Positions 39,164 to 48,087 of a DNA stretch of 64,000 bases are shown here, in pieces. The position numbers were made by a program, and so were the translations under genes. Source of the stretch: Candidatus Cloacimonadota bacterium (GTDB taxonomy: Bacteria; Cloacimonadota; Cloacimonadia; G963667145); contig OY762940.1 in assembly GCA_963667255.1 (NCBI GenBank), positions 864,001 through 928,000 of the forward strand, read 5' to 3'. The notes under the pieces were generated by a model, which worked only from the letters and a program-made list of their open reading frames with translations, was not told the origin of the DNA and did not search any database. Position 1 is the first letter of the stretch. Each line of letters starts with the position of its first letter.

Positions 39164-40009
39164 TCACCATCTCTTGTGCATCCAAAACCACTGTTCAGGA
39201 TATTGTAAGATGTATTTTTCTAACGACTTATTTATTTTTTCGGTCAATTCAGGAATTTGTTCTTTGGTGTAGTCTCGACCGTCAAAAGGCTTTTCGGCGA
39301 TAATTTTAAACCCTTTTTCGGTGCGGACACAGAAAATCGGTTGGAGCATAGCACCCGCTTTGATGGCGAATTTCGCTGGACCTTGGAATACAGATGCGGG
39401 ATGTCCGAGCCAAGTTTGTTGGAGTCCAACCTTGCGAGCGTTTTGGTCAACCATGATGCCGATACCTTCATCGTTTTTTAGGGCTCGCAGAACATCTCGG
39501 AAAGCGGTTTCCAAAAAAATACTGGGAACACCGTTGGACAAGCGGATTTTCTCCACATATTTATCGATGTATGGATTTCGCATTCGTTTTGCCAAGCCGT
39601 TCACTTTGTAGCCAATGACCTTCGTCATATAACGCATTCCGATTTCCCAGTTGCCGATATGCATATTGGGGTAGAGGATGCCTCTGTGTTGGCTGTGAGA
39701 ATATTCCAGATTTTCCATTCCGACTACTTCAAAATTCTTCAACAATTTTTGTTGATTGCAAAAGAAAAATTCGTAAGCTAACAGACCGAGATTGTAATAA
39801 ATTTGGGTGCAAAGGGAATTTATCTCACTATCATTCTTATCGGGAAACACCATTTTTAGTTGCTGAACGACAACTTTTCTTCTTATTTTGGAGATAGTCA
39901 TTATTCTGGTTAGAGCGAATTTTTGCACAAATCCGGGCATTGGCAGAAAAATTGCTTTGAAAAGTTTAAATCCCGAATATTCTAAGATGTTTTTGAGATT
40001 ACTATTCAT
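39164..40009 (-). CDS. Lipid A lauroyl/myristoyl acyltransferase family (LpxL/HtrB-like)
   Basis: HIGNWE, NPYID, MVDQN, PEQWFWMHKRW. Confidence 0.9.
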   Translation of the reverse strand: MNSNLKNILEYSGFKLFKAIFLPMPGFVQKFALTRIMTISKIRRKVVVQQLKMVFPDKNDSEINSLCTQIYYNLGLLAYEFFFCNQQKLLKNFEVVGMENLEYSHSQHRGILYPNMHIGNWEIGMRYMTKVIGYKVNGLAKRMRNPYIDKYVEKIRLSNGVPSIFLETAFRDVLRALKNDEGIGIMVDQNARKVGLQQTWLGHPASVFQGPAKFAIKAGAMLQPIFCVRTEKGFKIIAEKPFDGRDYTKEQIPELTEKINKSLEKYILQYPEQWFWMHKRW

Positions 40010-40778
40010 AGTAGGTTTCGATCCTTTTATACCAACCGGAGAGCCATCTTTGTTCATGAGGCGACATTTTTACTCTGCGTTTGAGAACATATTTGGCTGC
40101 ATCGGCAAAATCGTGAGCGGGAGAGTCTGTCAGATTTTCCATCTTCTCCAGCACTTGTAGCAGACCCCAGTGGTAACCGTTGCAAGACTCTAGAGCGTTA
40201 AGACCTTCTCCTTTGAAATTGACATAATCCAGCATGGCGTAAATTCCGTTGGCTGTTGTAGCGAGTTCGTTGATATTTTTTTTCACTTTCTCTTTGTGGT
40301 CGCTTGCATTTATGATTTTGGGGAGAGCCTCTTGCAATCGAAGAACAAGAAATTTGGTTTGCTCTTCTTGGGTATTTTGCAAAAATCTGTAAAGTTCCAC
40401 GCGTTTGGAGCTGTCGAAACCGGAATTGAACTGTTCTTCCGAGTTCCAAGGGCAAGTAGTAGAGCTGTTTAGCCAACTTGGCAGGCAAAAGTTGGTGCTT
40501 TCCAAATAGGAAATGAATTTGGGGAAACTCTCCACGAATTTTTTCGTCTCAGCATCAGGATACCAAATAAAATGAGCAATTCCCAGAGATAAGAATTTTT
40601 CGTTGGCGTTCCATTGCAATAGGTTTGAATAGTGGAGATTTGTCTCATTTTTGAAAATCTTGTGTGCCAAAATTTCTGCTTGCGACTTAGGGATTTCTAT
40701 TTCTATTGAGTTTAACAAGTTGAAAAAAGAGGCAAGTATAAAAATTATTAAAAATTTGGTATTTTTATTTTCTTTCAT
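40002..40778 (-). CDS. Exported hypothetical protein
   Basis: Signal peptide; distinctive motifs SLGIAHFIWYP, FVESFP, DYVNFKGEG, WGLLQVL; overlaps the next gene start. Confidence 0.7.
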   Translation of the reverse strand: MKENKNTKFLIIFILASFFNLLNSIEIEIPKSQAEILAHKIFKNETNLHYSNLLQWNANEKFLSLGIAHFIWYPDAETKKFVESFPKFISYLESTNFCLPSWLNSSTTCPWNSEEQFNSGFDSSKRVELYRFLQNTQEEQTKFLVLRLQEALPKIINASDHKEKVKKNINELATTANGIYAMLDYVNFKGEGLNALESCNGYHWGLLQVLEKMENLTDSPAHDFADAAKYVLKRRVKMSPHEQRWLSGWYKRIETYYE

Positions 40779-40936
40779 ATTATTCTTTGATTTATAAGCC
40801 GTTAGCTTTACTAATTATTCAACAAACAAAATTTTTTGCTAGTTGAGAGCAAGTAATTTTTGTTTTTTTTTGACATTTTGTTCAAAAACAAGAAATTGGC
40901 TATGGTTTGTAAGAAAAAATAAAAGTAGGTTCAGAG

Positions 40937-41524
40937 TTGATAAGAGTAATAGAGTCTTGTTTTGTTAAGAGTGCCGTTAAGGTGACTGATTATCCCGTCG
41001 TTATTTGCAAAGAGGTGGCTTTTGTGGGCAAATCCAATGTGGGTAAATCTTCGATGATTAACGCTATATTGGGAAGAAAATTGTTGGCTAAGATTTCGTC
41101 TCGCCCTGGGAAAACGCAGTTGATTAATTTTTTTAGTGTTACCACAAAAGACGATGAGCAGGAGATGAAAGGCGAGTTGAGTTTTGTGGATTTGCCTGGT
41201 TATGGGTTTGCCAAGGTTCCGCTAAAAGAGAAAGAAAATTGGCGGGGAATGATACAAGCATATTTGACCAATCGCCCGCAATTGCTGGGTGTTTTGCTGT
41301 TGGTGGATATTCGGCACAAGTTCGATTATAAAGACCAGTTGATGCAGGAGATGCTGGAGGCTAACGGCATCAACTATACGCTGGTGGCGACGAAGAGTGA
41401 CAAAATCGCTAATAGTAAATTGAAGAGTGTGATTAAAGAAAATTTTCCGTTCAAAGTTCTTCCTTTTTCTGCTAAAAACAATAAGGGGATTTCTGAGGTT
41501 TTGCGGTGGATAAACGAATTGTAA
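40937..41524 (+). CDS. engB: Ribosome biogenesis GTPase EngB/YsxC
   Basis: GKSNVGKSS, PGKTQLINFF, DLPGYGFA, TKSDK. Confidence 0.95.
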   Translation: MIRVIESCFVKSAVKVTDYPVVICKEVAFVGKSNVGKSSMINAILGRKLLAKISSRPGKTQLINFFSVTTKDDEQEMKGELSFVDLPGYGFAKVPLKEKENWRGMIQAYLTNRPQLLGVLLLVDIRHKFDYKDQLMQEMLEANGINYTLVATKSDKIANSKLKSVIKENFPFKVLPFSAKNNKGISEVLRWINEL

Positions 41525-42531
41525 TTTTGGCTTTTGCGTGTTGTTTCTCTTTTTGTTTTGCTGGAGAAGAGCAAAAACTGGATGTGTTGGTGAAGAAGAT
41601 AGAGGCTCGAAAACGCGAAATTAATGAAATTAAATCCGAGCAGACTGAATATTCCCAAAAGATTAGTGATTATGGGAATCGTCTGAAAAATGCAAAATCT
41701 CGACTGACTGTGTTGGAAAAGAGATATTCCGGAAAGAGCAAAGAGAAGGCGAAGATTAAGACAGAAATTGAGCAAGTTAAGAAGGAAATTGCGGACATCA
41801 ATGCTCTGTATCTATTGGCTTTTATTCGGCTTTATGAGGCGGAATACATAGATGAGGAGCCGATGAATTCGCAGGTGCTCAGTTATTTTGTTCAGTCGTC
41901 TTCCAACAAGGTGGAGATGTATAACGAGAAAAATCTCAAACTTCAAAACAGCACGGTCGACATAAATAGGCAGATTAGGGAGTTGGAAGAGAAGAAAGAC
42001 AAAGAGGTGAAGAATATTAAGTTTTCTCAATATGTGACTTCTGTTGCGGGTGCTTTCCTCGTGGAGAGTCGCAGTAAAGAGAAGAAAATCAGTAAAGAGT
42101 TGGCTTTTTTGCAGGAAGAGCGGGATAAATTGGAAAAGATAATTGCTAATCTGAAATTGGATAAAATGCGAACGGGATACTCGTATAAATTCAGCCAGTC
42201 AAATATTTTGTGGCCTGTGCGAGGGGAGATTGTCGATAACGATTTGCGTAGGAGTGGTCTTGATATTAGCACAAAGGACAAATATTGCAAAGCGGTAGAT
42301 AATGGTATTGTGGCGGAATATGACAAAATTGGGAATAAAAAATGCTTGGTAGTTGACCATCGGAACGGTTATATAAGTGTCTATGTTTATAAAGGCAATA
42401 CATTGGCTGAATTGCGGAGTGAAGTGAAGCGGGGACAAAATCTTGCTTTGTTGCAGTCGGATTTGATTCATTTTGAGCTGGTGAAAGACAAGAAAATTTC
42501 CGTTAATCCTCGGGTTTTTTTTGTTAAGTGA
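41506..42531 (+). CDS. EnvC-like murein hydrolase activator (coiled coil plus degenerate M23 domain)
   Basis: Signal peptide, long coiled coil, WPVRG, GLDI, VVDHRNGY, VKRGQ, HFEL, VNP. Confidence 0.7.
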   Translation: MDKRIVILAFACCFSFCFAGEEQKLDVLVKKIEARKREINEIKSEQTEYSQKISDYGNRLKNAKSRLTVLEKRYSGKSKEKAKIKTEIEQVKKEIADINALYLLAFIRLYEAEYIDEEPMNSQVLSYFVQSSSNKVEMYNEKNLKLQNSTVDINRQIRELEEKKDKEVKNIKFSQYVTSVAGAFLVESRSKEKKISKELAFLQEERDKLEKIIANLKLDKMRTGYSYKFSQSNILWPVRGEIVDNDLRRSGLDISTKDKYCKAVDNGIVAEYDKIGNKKCLVVDHRNGYISVYVYKGNTLAELRSEVKRGQNLALLQSDLIHFELVKDKKISVNPRVFFVK

Positions 42532-43091
42532 AAAGGATGTCAGGAATAAATCTGCATTTCACAGGCTTGATGTTCGGTGTAGGAGCTTCTGTGGATGACG
42601 AGGTTTCGCTGGAGAAAATCAATAGGCTCAAGCAACGACCACAAAGCAAATCTTTCATCGTTCTTTTGGAGAGTTTGCAGAAATTGAGCAAATATGTGGA
42701 AGTTGACAGCAAATTGTCAGCGTTTTTGGGGAAATTTTGGCCAGGTCCACTGACTGTTGTTTTAGCTTGCAAAAATCTGCCACATTTGAGTCAAAACGGT
42801 TGCGTTGCTTTTCGAGTTCCAATAGACGAATTTTTGCGAAGTAAGTTAAATGCTGGGGAGATTGTTAGCACCAGTGTGAATTGTTCGGGTGAAGAACCTC
42901 TTGTGGATGTGGATGTGATATTGAGTAAATATAGCAACTGGTTTGATGAGAATTGGGTGCCGAGCGGAGTAACAACGGCGAAGGGGACTCCATCGACCAT
43001 TGTGAAAATTGAAGGAGAAGAGTTGGTTTGTTTGAGAGAGGGTGCTTTGGATTTTGCAGCTGTCAGAAGAGAGTGGACAAATGTTAAGTAG
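42528..43091 (+). CDS. tsaC: Threonylcarbamoyl-AMP synthase (Sua5/TsaC/YrdC)
   Basis: LKQRPQSK, FWPGPLTVV, AFRVP, STSVNCSG, PSTIV, LREG. Confidence 0.85.
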   Translation: MKRMSGINLHFTGLMFGVGASVDDEVSLEKINRLKQRPQSKSFIVLLESLQKLSKYVEVDSKLSAFLGKFWPGPLTVVLACKNLPHLSQNGCVAFRVPIDEFLRSKLNAGEIVSTSVNCSGEEPLVDVDVILSKYSNWFDENWVPSGVTTAKGTPSTIVKIEGEELVCLREGALDFAAVRREWTNVK

Positions 43092-44025
43092 TTTGTTGAA
43101 ATATAAGAAGATAGGGATTTTGACTCATTCTAATCCTGACCCTGATGCTTTGGGTTCTTGTTTTGCTATGCAGATGATTTTGGGCAAAGAGAGATGCGAT
43201 GTGGTTTTGGAGTTTGGTTTGACCAGACCTCTTTTTGCGGAGTTTGGTGCGGTTGTGTTGGCAGGCGATGATTTGCATTACGATGCTCTTTTGGTGTTGG
43301 ACGCTCACCAGTCCAAGAGGTTGGGATTGTTGGAGGAATTTGTTGAGAATTTTGCCAGAGATATTTTTATTATCGACCACCATCGTGTAGGTGAGTGCAA
43401 AATTCCTACAATGGCGGAACTCATTGACCCAACTGCGGTTAGCACCGGAATTTTGGTTTTTGAACTGTGTTCGTCTTTCACTTTGCATTGGGATGAGGAA
43501 GCACGAGAAAAGTTTGCCCGAGCTATCTATTACACGATTTTGGGCGATACCGACGGTTTCCAAAATCGCAATATTGATGCAAGATGTTTTTCTGTTTGTG
43601 CGGAATTGGTAAAGTTTGGATTGAAAGCCGGTTTAGCTTTTGAAAAATTCTATTGTCAGAAAAGTTTGAACGATTTCAAATATATGGCAGAGATTTATGA
43701 GTCAATCCAAGAGTTTGAGCAGGGGAAAATAGTTTTTGCTTTTAGTAGTTTGGAGTTGCAAAATCGGCTTGGCTATGTCTATCGGGGGCTTCCGCAGATG
43801 ATGGGGGAGCTGAAAAAGTCTGCAAACTATGAGATAATTGTCATTTTCAAAGAGAGAGAAGATAATTTGTATAAACTTAGTTTTCGCTCCAAGTCGATTG
43901 ATGTCCAGTCTGTTTGCAAAAAATACGGCGGAGGCGGTCATTTATTGGCTTCCGGTTGCGAGATAGCGGGGAGTTTGGAAGATACAAAAAGGCAGATATT
44001 GGAAGTATGCAAGAGCCTTCTTTGA
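43081..44025 (+). CDS. nrnA: DHH/DHHA1 phosphoesterase (NrnA-like)
   Basis: HSNPDPDALGS, IDHH, DTDGF, LSFRSK, GGGGH..ASG. Confidence 0.88.
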   Translation: MLSSLLKYKKIGILTHSNPDPDALGSCFAMQMILGKERCDVVLEFGLTRPLFAEFGAVVLAGDDLHYDALLVLDAHQSKRLGLLEEFVENFARDIFIIDHHRVGECKIPTMAELIDPTAVSTGILVFELCSSFTLHWDEEAREKFARAIYYTILGDTDGFQNRNIDARCFSVCAELVKFGLKAGLAFEKFYCQKSLNDFKYMAEIYESIQEFEQGKIVFAFSSLELQNRLGYVYRGLPQMMGELKKSANYEIIVIFKEREDNLYKLSFRSKSIDVQSVCKKYGGGGHLLASGCEIAGSLEDTKRQILEVCKSLL

Positions 44026-44867
44026 GCGGTGTTCTTTTGGTAGATAAACCCGCAGGAATAAGCTCTTTTGGGGTGATAGCGAGACTGCGGAAAATTTTGA
44101 AAATCAAGAAGATTGGGCATTGCGGGACTTTGGACAATTTTGCTACGGGAGTTTTGATTATATTGATTGGCAAGGCAACTCGTTTGGCGAGGTTTGTGTC
44201 AAATCAGGACAAGGTTTATGAGGCGACGATTTTGTTTGGGGAGAAGACCAATACCGCCGATATTACCGGAGAAATAGTTGAAACTGGAGGTCTTCCGTCT
44301 GATTTACCGACAGATTTTGAGGGGAAAGTTTTGGCAATCTCTTCGCAAATTCCACCTATCTTTTCGGCAATAAAAGTCGAGGGGAAAAGAGCTTATGCTC
44401 TTGCTCGTGATGGTAAAGAGATTGAGATGAAGCCTCGGGAAATCAAAATTTTTGAGTTCAAAGTTGGCAGTTTTGATAAGCAACGGTTGAATTACACGGC
44501 GAGAGTTTCCAAAGGCACATACATAAGAACTTTGAGCGAAGATATTGCGGGGATGTTGGGCACTGTGGGAACGACAGAAAATTTGCGACGAACAGAGTGT
44601 GCTGGATTTGGCATAGAGAAGTGCGTAACTATTGATGATGGAACAAGATATGAAGTGATTAGAGATAGAATTTTGCCCGCTGATGTTTTGCTGAAAGATT
44701 TTCCTGAAATGACTCTGACGCAGGAAGAGTATGTGTGTTTTAAAAATGGTAATTTTATTGAGAAAAAAAGTGATAAAAATGGTTTTACACGAATGTATTA
44801 CGAACAATTATTTGTTGGTGTGTCGTCCGTTGAACAGGAGATGGTAAAACCGCAGATAGTTTTTTAA
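44007..44867 (+). CDS. truB: tRNA pseudouridine(55) synthase
   Basis: DKPAGISS, KIGHCGTLD, QIPPIFSAIKVEGKRAY, SKGTYIRTL. Confidence 0.95.
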   Translation: MQEPSLSGVLLVDKPAGISSFGVIARLRKILKIKKIGHCGTLDNFATGVLIILIGKATRLARFVSNQDKVYEATILFGEKTNTADITGEIVETGGLPSDLPTDFEGKVLAISSQIPPIFSAIKVEGKRAYALARDGKEIEMKPREIKIFEFKVGSFDKQRLNYTARVSKGTYIRTLSEDIAGMLGTVGTTENLRRTECAGFGIEKCVTIDDGTRYEVIRDRILPADVLLKDFPEMTLTQEEYVCFKNGNFIEKKSDKNGFTRMYYEQLFVGVSSVEQEMVKPQIVF

Positions 44868-44868
44868 A

Positions 44869-47235
44869 ATGGTAAGTTTTATGAATAGATTGGTAAGAGT
44901 TTTATTTATTGTTGTTTTTTCTTTTAGTTGCTTGTGTGGAGCAGGTGTTGAGAGGGATATTAGCGAAGCTTTTAATACCGAGGCAAAGCGAACTGAATGG
45001 TGGAACGGTCTTGAATATCAGTGGAAGTTGGCTTTTAATAAACTTCTTGGTTACGGGAAAAGTGTAAGGAAACCGGAAGATGTGCGATTGGAAGGTTTGT
45101 TGTGCCGTAAAGCTCTTTTGCTATACAGCTCTGAAATCACCAATCTATCCGGTGTGAAAAATCTCACACATATAGAAAATCTCAGTTGCTCCTACAATAA
45201 GATTACTAATATTCAAGGGTTAAAAAATCTTACTAATCTGAAAATATTGAAACTTAGCGACAACCGAATTAAATCTTTGGAAATTTTGAAAAATCTAAAG
45301 GATTTGGAATATTTGCGAGTTGATTTTAACGATTTGCAGGATTTGAAGGGGTTGGAGGAGTTATCAAAACTTAATCGGGTGTATGCAGACAATAATTTTA
45401 TCTCTTCGCTTGCTCCTTTGGCTGATAAGCCGGAGTTGGAAGAACTTTATATAAATGATAATAGTATTGTCTCTCTTCTTCCTCTGAAAAATAACACAAA
45501 ATTAAAAATGTTACAGGCAAGTAATAATCAACTTCAAAATATAGATGGATTGTCTTCTCTTGAGAATTTGGAGAAAGTTTATATTTTTAATAATAATTTG
45601 GTGAGTTTGGAAGGTGTCCAAAATTTGAGAAAATTAGATATTTTTGCTTATTCGGAAAATAGTGAGATATTGCCTGATGAAGAAAAAGATAAAGTGAGAG
45701 ACTTGTTTGCTAAAAAGAAAAAATTTAGGGTTAGCATTGCCAGTGCTTCGGTTTCTATTTTAATTTTTGGTCTTGTTATTGTATTTTTGGTGAAATTGAT
45801 TTTACGGATAAGAGTTAACCGAAAGAGAAGAAGAGAGTTTTTGCGTTTGCATAAACTGTTTTTGGACAAGACGGCAGGATATTTTGATAATGATGCCCGT
45901 CTCTATCAGTGGTGGGAAAATCTTAACCATCAGTGGCGAAGAGTGTTTAATGTAGAGTTGGATAACGGAGCGTCTTTATTTGTGCCGAAACCTTCCGATT
46001 TACGAAAAATTTTAACCATTACTTTTCTTGAGATTAATGTTGAAGATTTGAGTGATTTGTCAGGATTGAATAACTGCACGGAATTGAGATACTTGAGATT
46101 TTACAATGAGAAACAAAAATTTTTAGATTTATTTTCAAACATTGAATTTCTAAATAGATTTCCTAAACTGGAGAAGCTTAGGTTTTCCACCGGTAAGATT
46201 AGGAAAATCAAAAATTTTGCAAAGTTGAATGAAAAATTTAGGGTTGCTATTCCCGAAAATGAATCGGATTTTGTTAAGAGCGGTAGTATTATTGAATTAC
46301 CTTGTGAGAGAAGGTTACGATATAAGTATCCGATAGTGGCAATAGGGAATTTTGAGGGGTTGCATTTAGGGCACGCCAAGATTTTGAACAGACTTTATTC
46401 TCGGGCTCAAGACACTGGTGGAGAAGCACTTATTCTTACATACAAGGTGCACACAAGAGAGCATTTTTTGAAACTTGCCAATAAACCTATAGCACCTTAT
46501 ATGGTTTTGGACAAAAAACATAAAGAAAATTTGTTGTTTCATAAATTTGGAGTGCATTCTATTTTGTATTTAGATTTTGAACAAGGTCTTTCCGAGTTGC
46601 CGGCTGAGGAGTTTTTTAAGACTATTTTGGTTGATAAGTTGCATATTAGGGAGATAATTTGTGGATACGATACTCGATTTGGCAAGGGACGAGAGGGAGA
46701 CTATAAATTGCTTTTGAAACTGTCGGAACCTTATAAAATCAGAGTTAGACTTGTAGAGCCTTTGTTGGTTGGCGGGAAGATTGTGCGGAGTGAGTTGATA
46801 AGGGATATGATTAAAAACGGAGAGATTGCCGGAATTAAGAATTTTCTCTCGCGTCCTTATTCCATATCAGGAACAGTGATGGAAGGGAAGAAAATTGGTG
46901 GAGTCTTGGGATTCCCGACACTCAATGTGAAGCCCATACAAGAGTATAAACTTTATCCGCCCAAGGGAGTTTATATCACGCATACTTTTATTGGTGGTAT
47001 AGGATATTATGGGCTTACCAATATTGGATTTGCTCCGACTATTAGAGACAGTGAAAAAACAGAAACAATTGAAAACTATCTTTATAAATTCAAGGGTAAA
47101 GTCTATGGGCAAGAGGTTAATGTTGTTTTTCTAAAATTTTTAAGAGACGAAAAGAAGTTTGCTTCTCGCAAAGAATTGGTGGAGCAGATTAAAATAGATT
47201 TGGAGAAATTAAAGCGGTATATAAGGGTTCATTAA
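44869..47235 (+). CDS. ribF: Signal peptide-LRR-TM fusion with a C-terminal bifunctional riboflavin kinase/FAD synthetase
   Basis: From about aa 487: GNFEGLHLGH, GYDTRFGKGREG, G..LGFPTLN, GVY, NIGFAPT, FLRDEKKF. N-terminal 22-aa LRRs. truB-ribF synteny. Confidence 0.85.
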   Translation: MVSFMNRLVRVLFIVVFSFSCLCGAGVERDISEAFNTEAKRTEWWNGLEYQWKLAFNKLLGYGKSVRKPEDVRLEGLLCRKALLLYSSEITNLSGVKNLTHIENLSCSYNKITNIQGLKNLTNLKILKLSDNRIKSLEILKNLKDLEYLRVDFNDLQDLKGLEELSKLNRVYADNNFISSLAPLADKPELEELYINDNSIVSLLPLKNNTKLKMLQASNNQLQNIDGLSSLENLEKVYIFNNNLVSLEGVQNLRKLDIFAYSENSEILPDEEKDKVRDLFAKKKKFRVSIASASVSILIFGLVIVFLVKLILRIRVNRKRRREFLRLHKLFLDKTAGYFDNDARLYQWWENLNHQWRRVFNVELDNGASLFVPKPSDLRKILTITFLEINVEDLSDLSGLNNCTELRYLRFYNEKQKFLDLFSNIEFLNRFPKLEKLRFSTGKIRKIKNFAKLNEKFRVAIPENESDFVKSGSIIELPCERRLRYKYPIVAIGNFEGLHLGHAKILNRLYSRAQDTGGEALILTYKVHTREHFLKLANKPIAPYMVLDKKHKENLLFHKFGVHSILYLDFEQGLSELPAEEFFKTILVDKLHIREIICGYDTRFGKGREGDYKLLLKLSEPYKIRVRLVEPLLVGGKIVRSELIRDMIKNGEIAGIKNFLSRPYSISGTVMEGKKIGGVLGFPTLNVKPIQEYKLYPPKGVYITHTFIGGIGYYGLTNIGFAPTIRDSEKTETIENYLYKFKGKVYGQEVNVVFLKFLRDEKKFASRKELVEQIKIDLEKLKRYIRVH

Positions 47236-47236
47236 T

Positions 47237-47602
47237 ATGAAAATCAAAAAATTATTAGAGATACTTGATGGGGAATTGCTTAGTGATGAAAAGCATTTGG
47301 AGTATGAAGTGGATTACGGTTTGGCTTCTGATCTTATTAGTGACCTTTTGATGTGTGCTCTGTATCCGGCTGCTCTTTTTACGGGGCTTGTCAATCATCA
47401 AATAGTAAGAGTAGCGGAAATGATTGAGTTGCAGGCGATTATCTTTGTGCGAGGCAAGAAGCCAAGAGAGGAAATTTTGCAAATGGCTGCTGATCATGAT
47501 ATGCCGGTTATCTGCACAGAAAAGTCTCTTTATGCGGCATGTGGTTTGGCTTATCAGGGAGGATTGGAGACATCTCCAATAAAATTGAGTATCAATGAAT
47601 AG
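47237..47602 (+). CDS. DRTGG-domain protein
   Basis: ASDLISDLL, TGLVN.Q..RVAEM, IIFVRGK.P, YAACGL. Confidence 0.8.
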   Translation: MKIKKLLEILDGELLSDEKHLEYEVDYGLASDLISDLLMCALYPAALFTGLVNHQIVRVAEMIELQAIIFVRGKKPREEILQMAADHDMPVICTEKSLYAACGLAYQGGLETSPIKLSINE

Positions 47603-48074
47603 CTTTGTTTATAGCAAGGATAATAGTTTAAATCCTGATTCGTTTATGATAGAACTCGGTCAGCCGATGATGAAATACGATTTTTCCATCAAATCTAAAG
47701 ATTTTATCTCTTCCGGAGAGGCGACCACTAAGGTAAAGAAACAACTCAAGGAGCTTGGTATTGATGCTGTTCCACTTAGAAGGTTTGCAGTGGCAAGCTA
47801 TGAGGCGGAGATTAATGTTGTGGCACATTCAATCGGCGGAAAGATGGAAGTTGGTATTTATTCCGAATTTGTTTATTTGAAATTTATAGATAATGGACCG
47901 GGAATTGTGGATATAGAGAAGGCTATGCAACCAGGGTATTCTACCGCTGATGATTTGGCTCGTTCTATGGGATTTGGAGCTGGGATGGGATTGCCCAATA
48001 TCAAAGATAATGTAGATATTATGCGGTTATTTTCCGATGGTTACACCAAATTGGAATTGGTGGTTTTTTATTAG
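47595..48074 (+). CDS. Anti-sigma-factor-like Ser/Thr kinase (RsbT/RsbW-type HATPase)
   Basis: YEAEINVVAHS, DNGPGI.DIEKAM.PGYSTA, GFGAGMGLPN. Confidence 0.82.
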   Translation: MNSFVYSKDNSLNPDSFMIELGQPMMKYDFSIKSKDFISSGEATTKVKKQLKELGIDAVPLRRFAVASYEAEINVVAHSIGGKMEVGIYSEFVYLKFIDNGPGIVDIEKAMQPGYSTADDLARSMGFGAGMGLPNIKDNVDIMRLFSDGYTKLELVVFY

Positions 48075-48087
48075 AGGATGATTTGTT

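Noticed and set aside
41506..42531. Loss of M23 zinc ligands as a novelty
   Set aside because: This is expected for EnvC-type activators.
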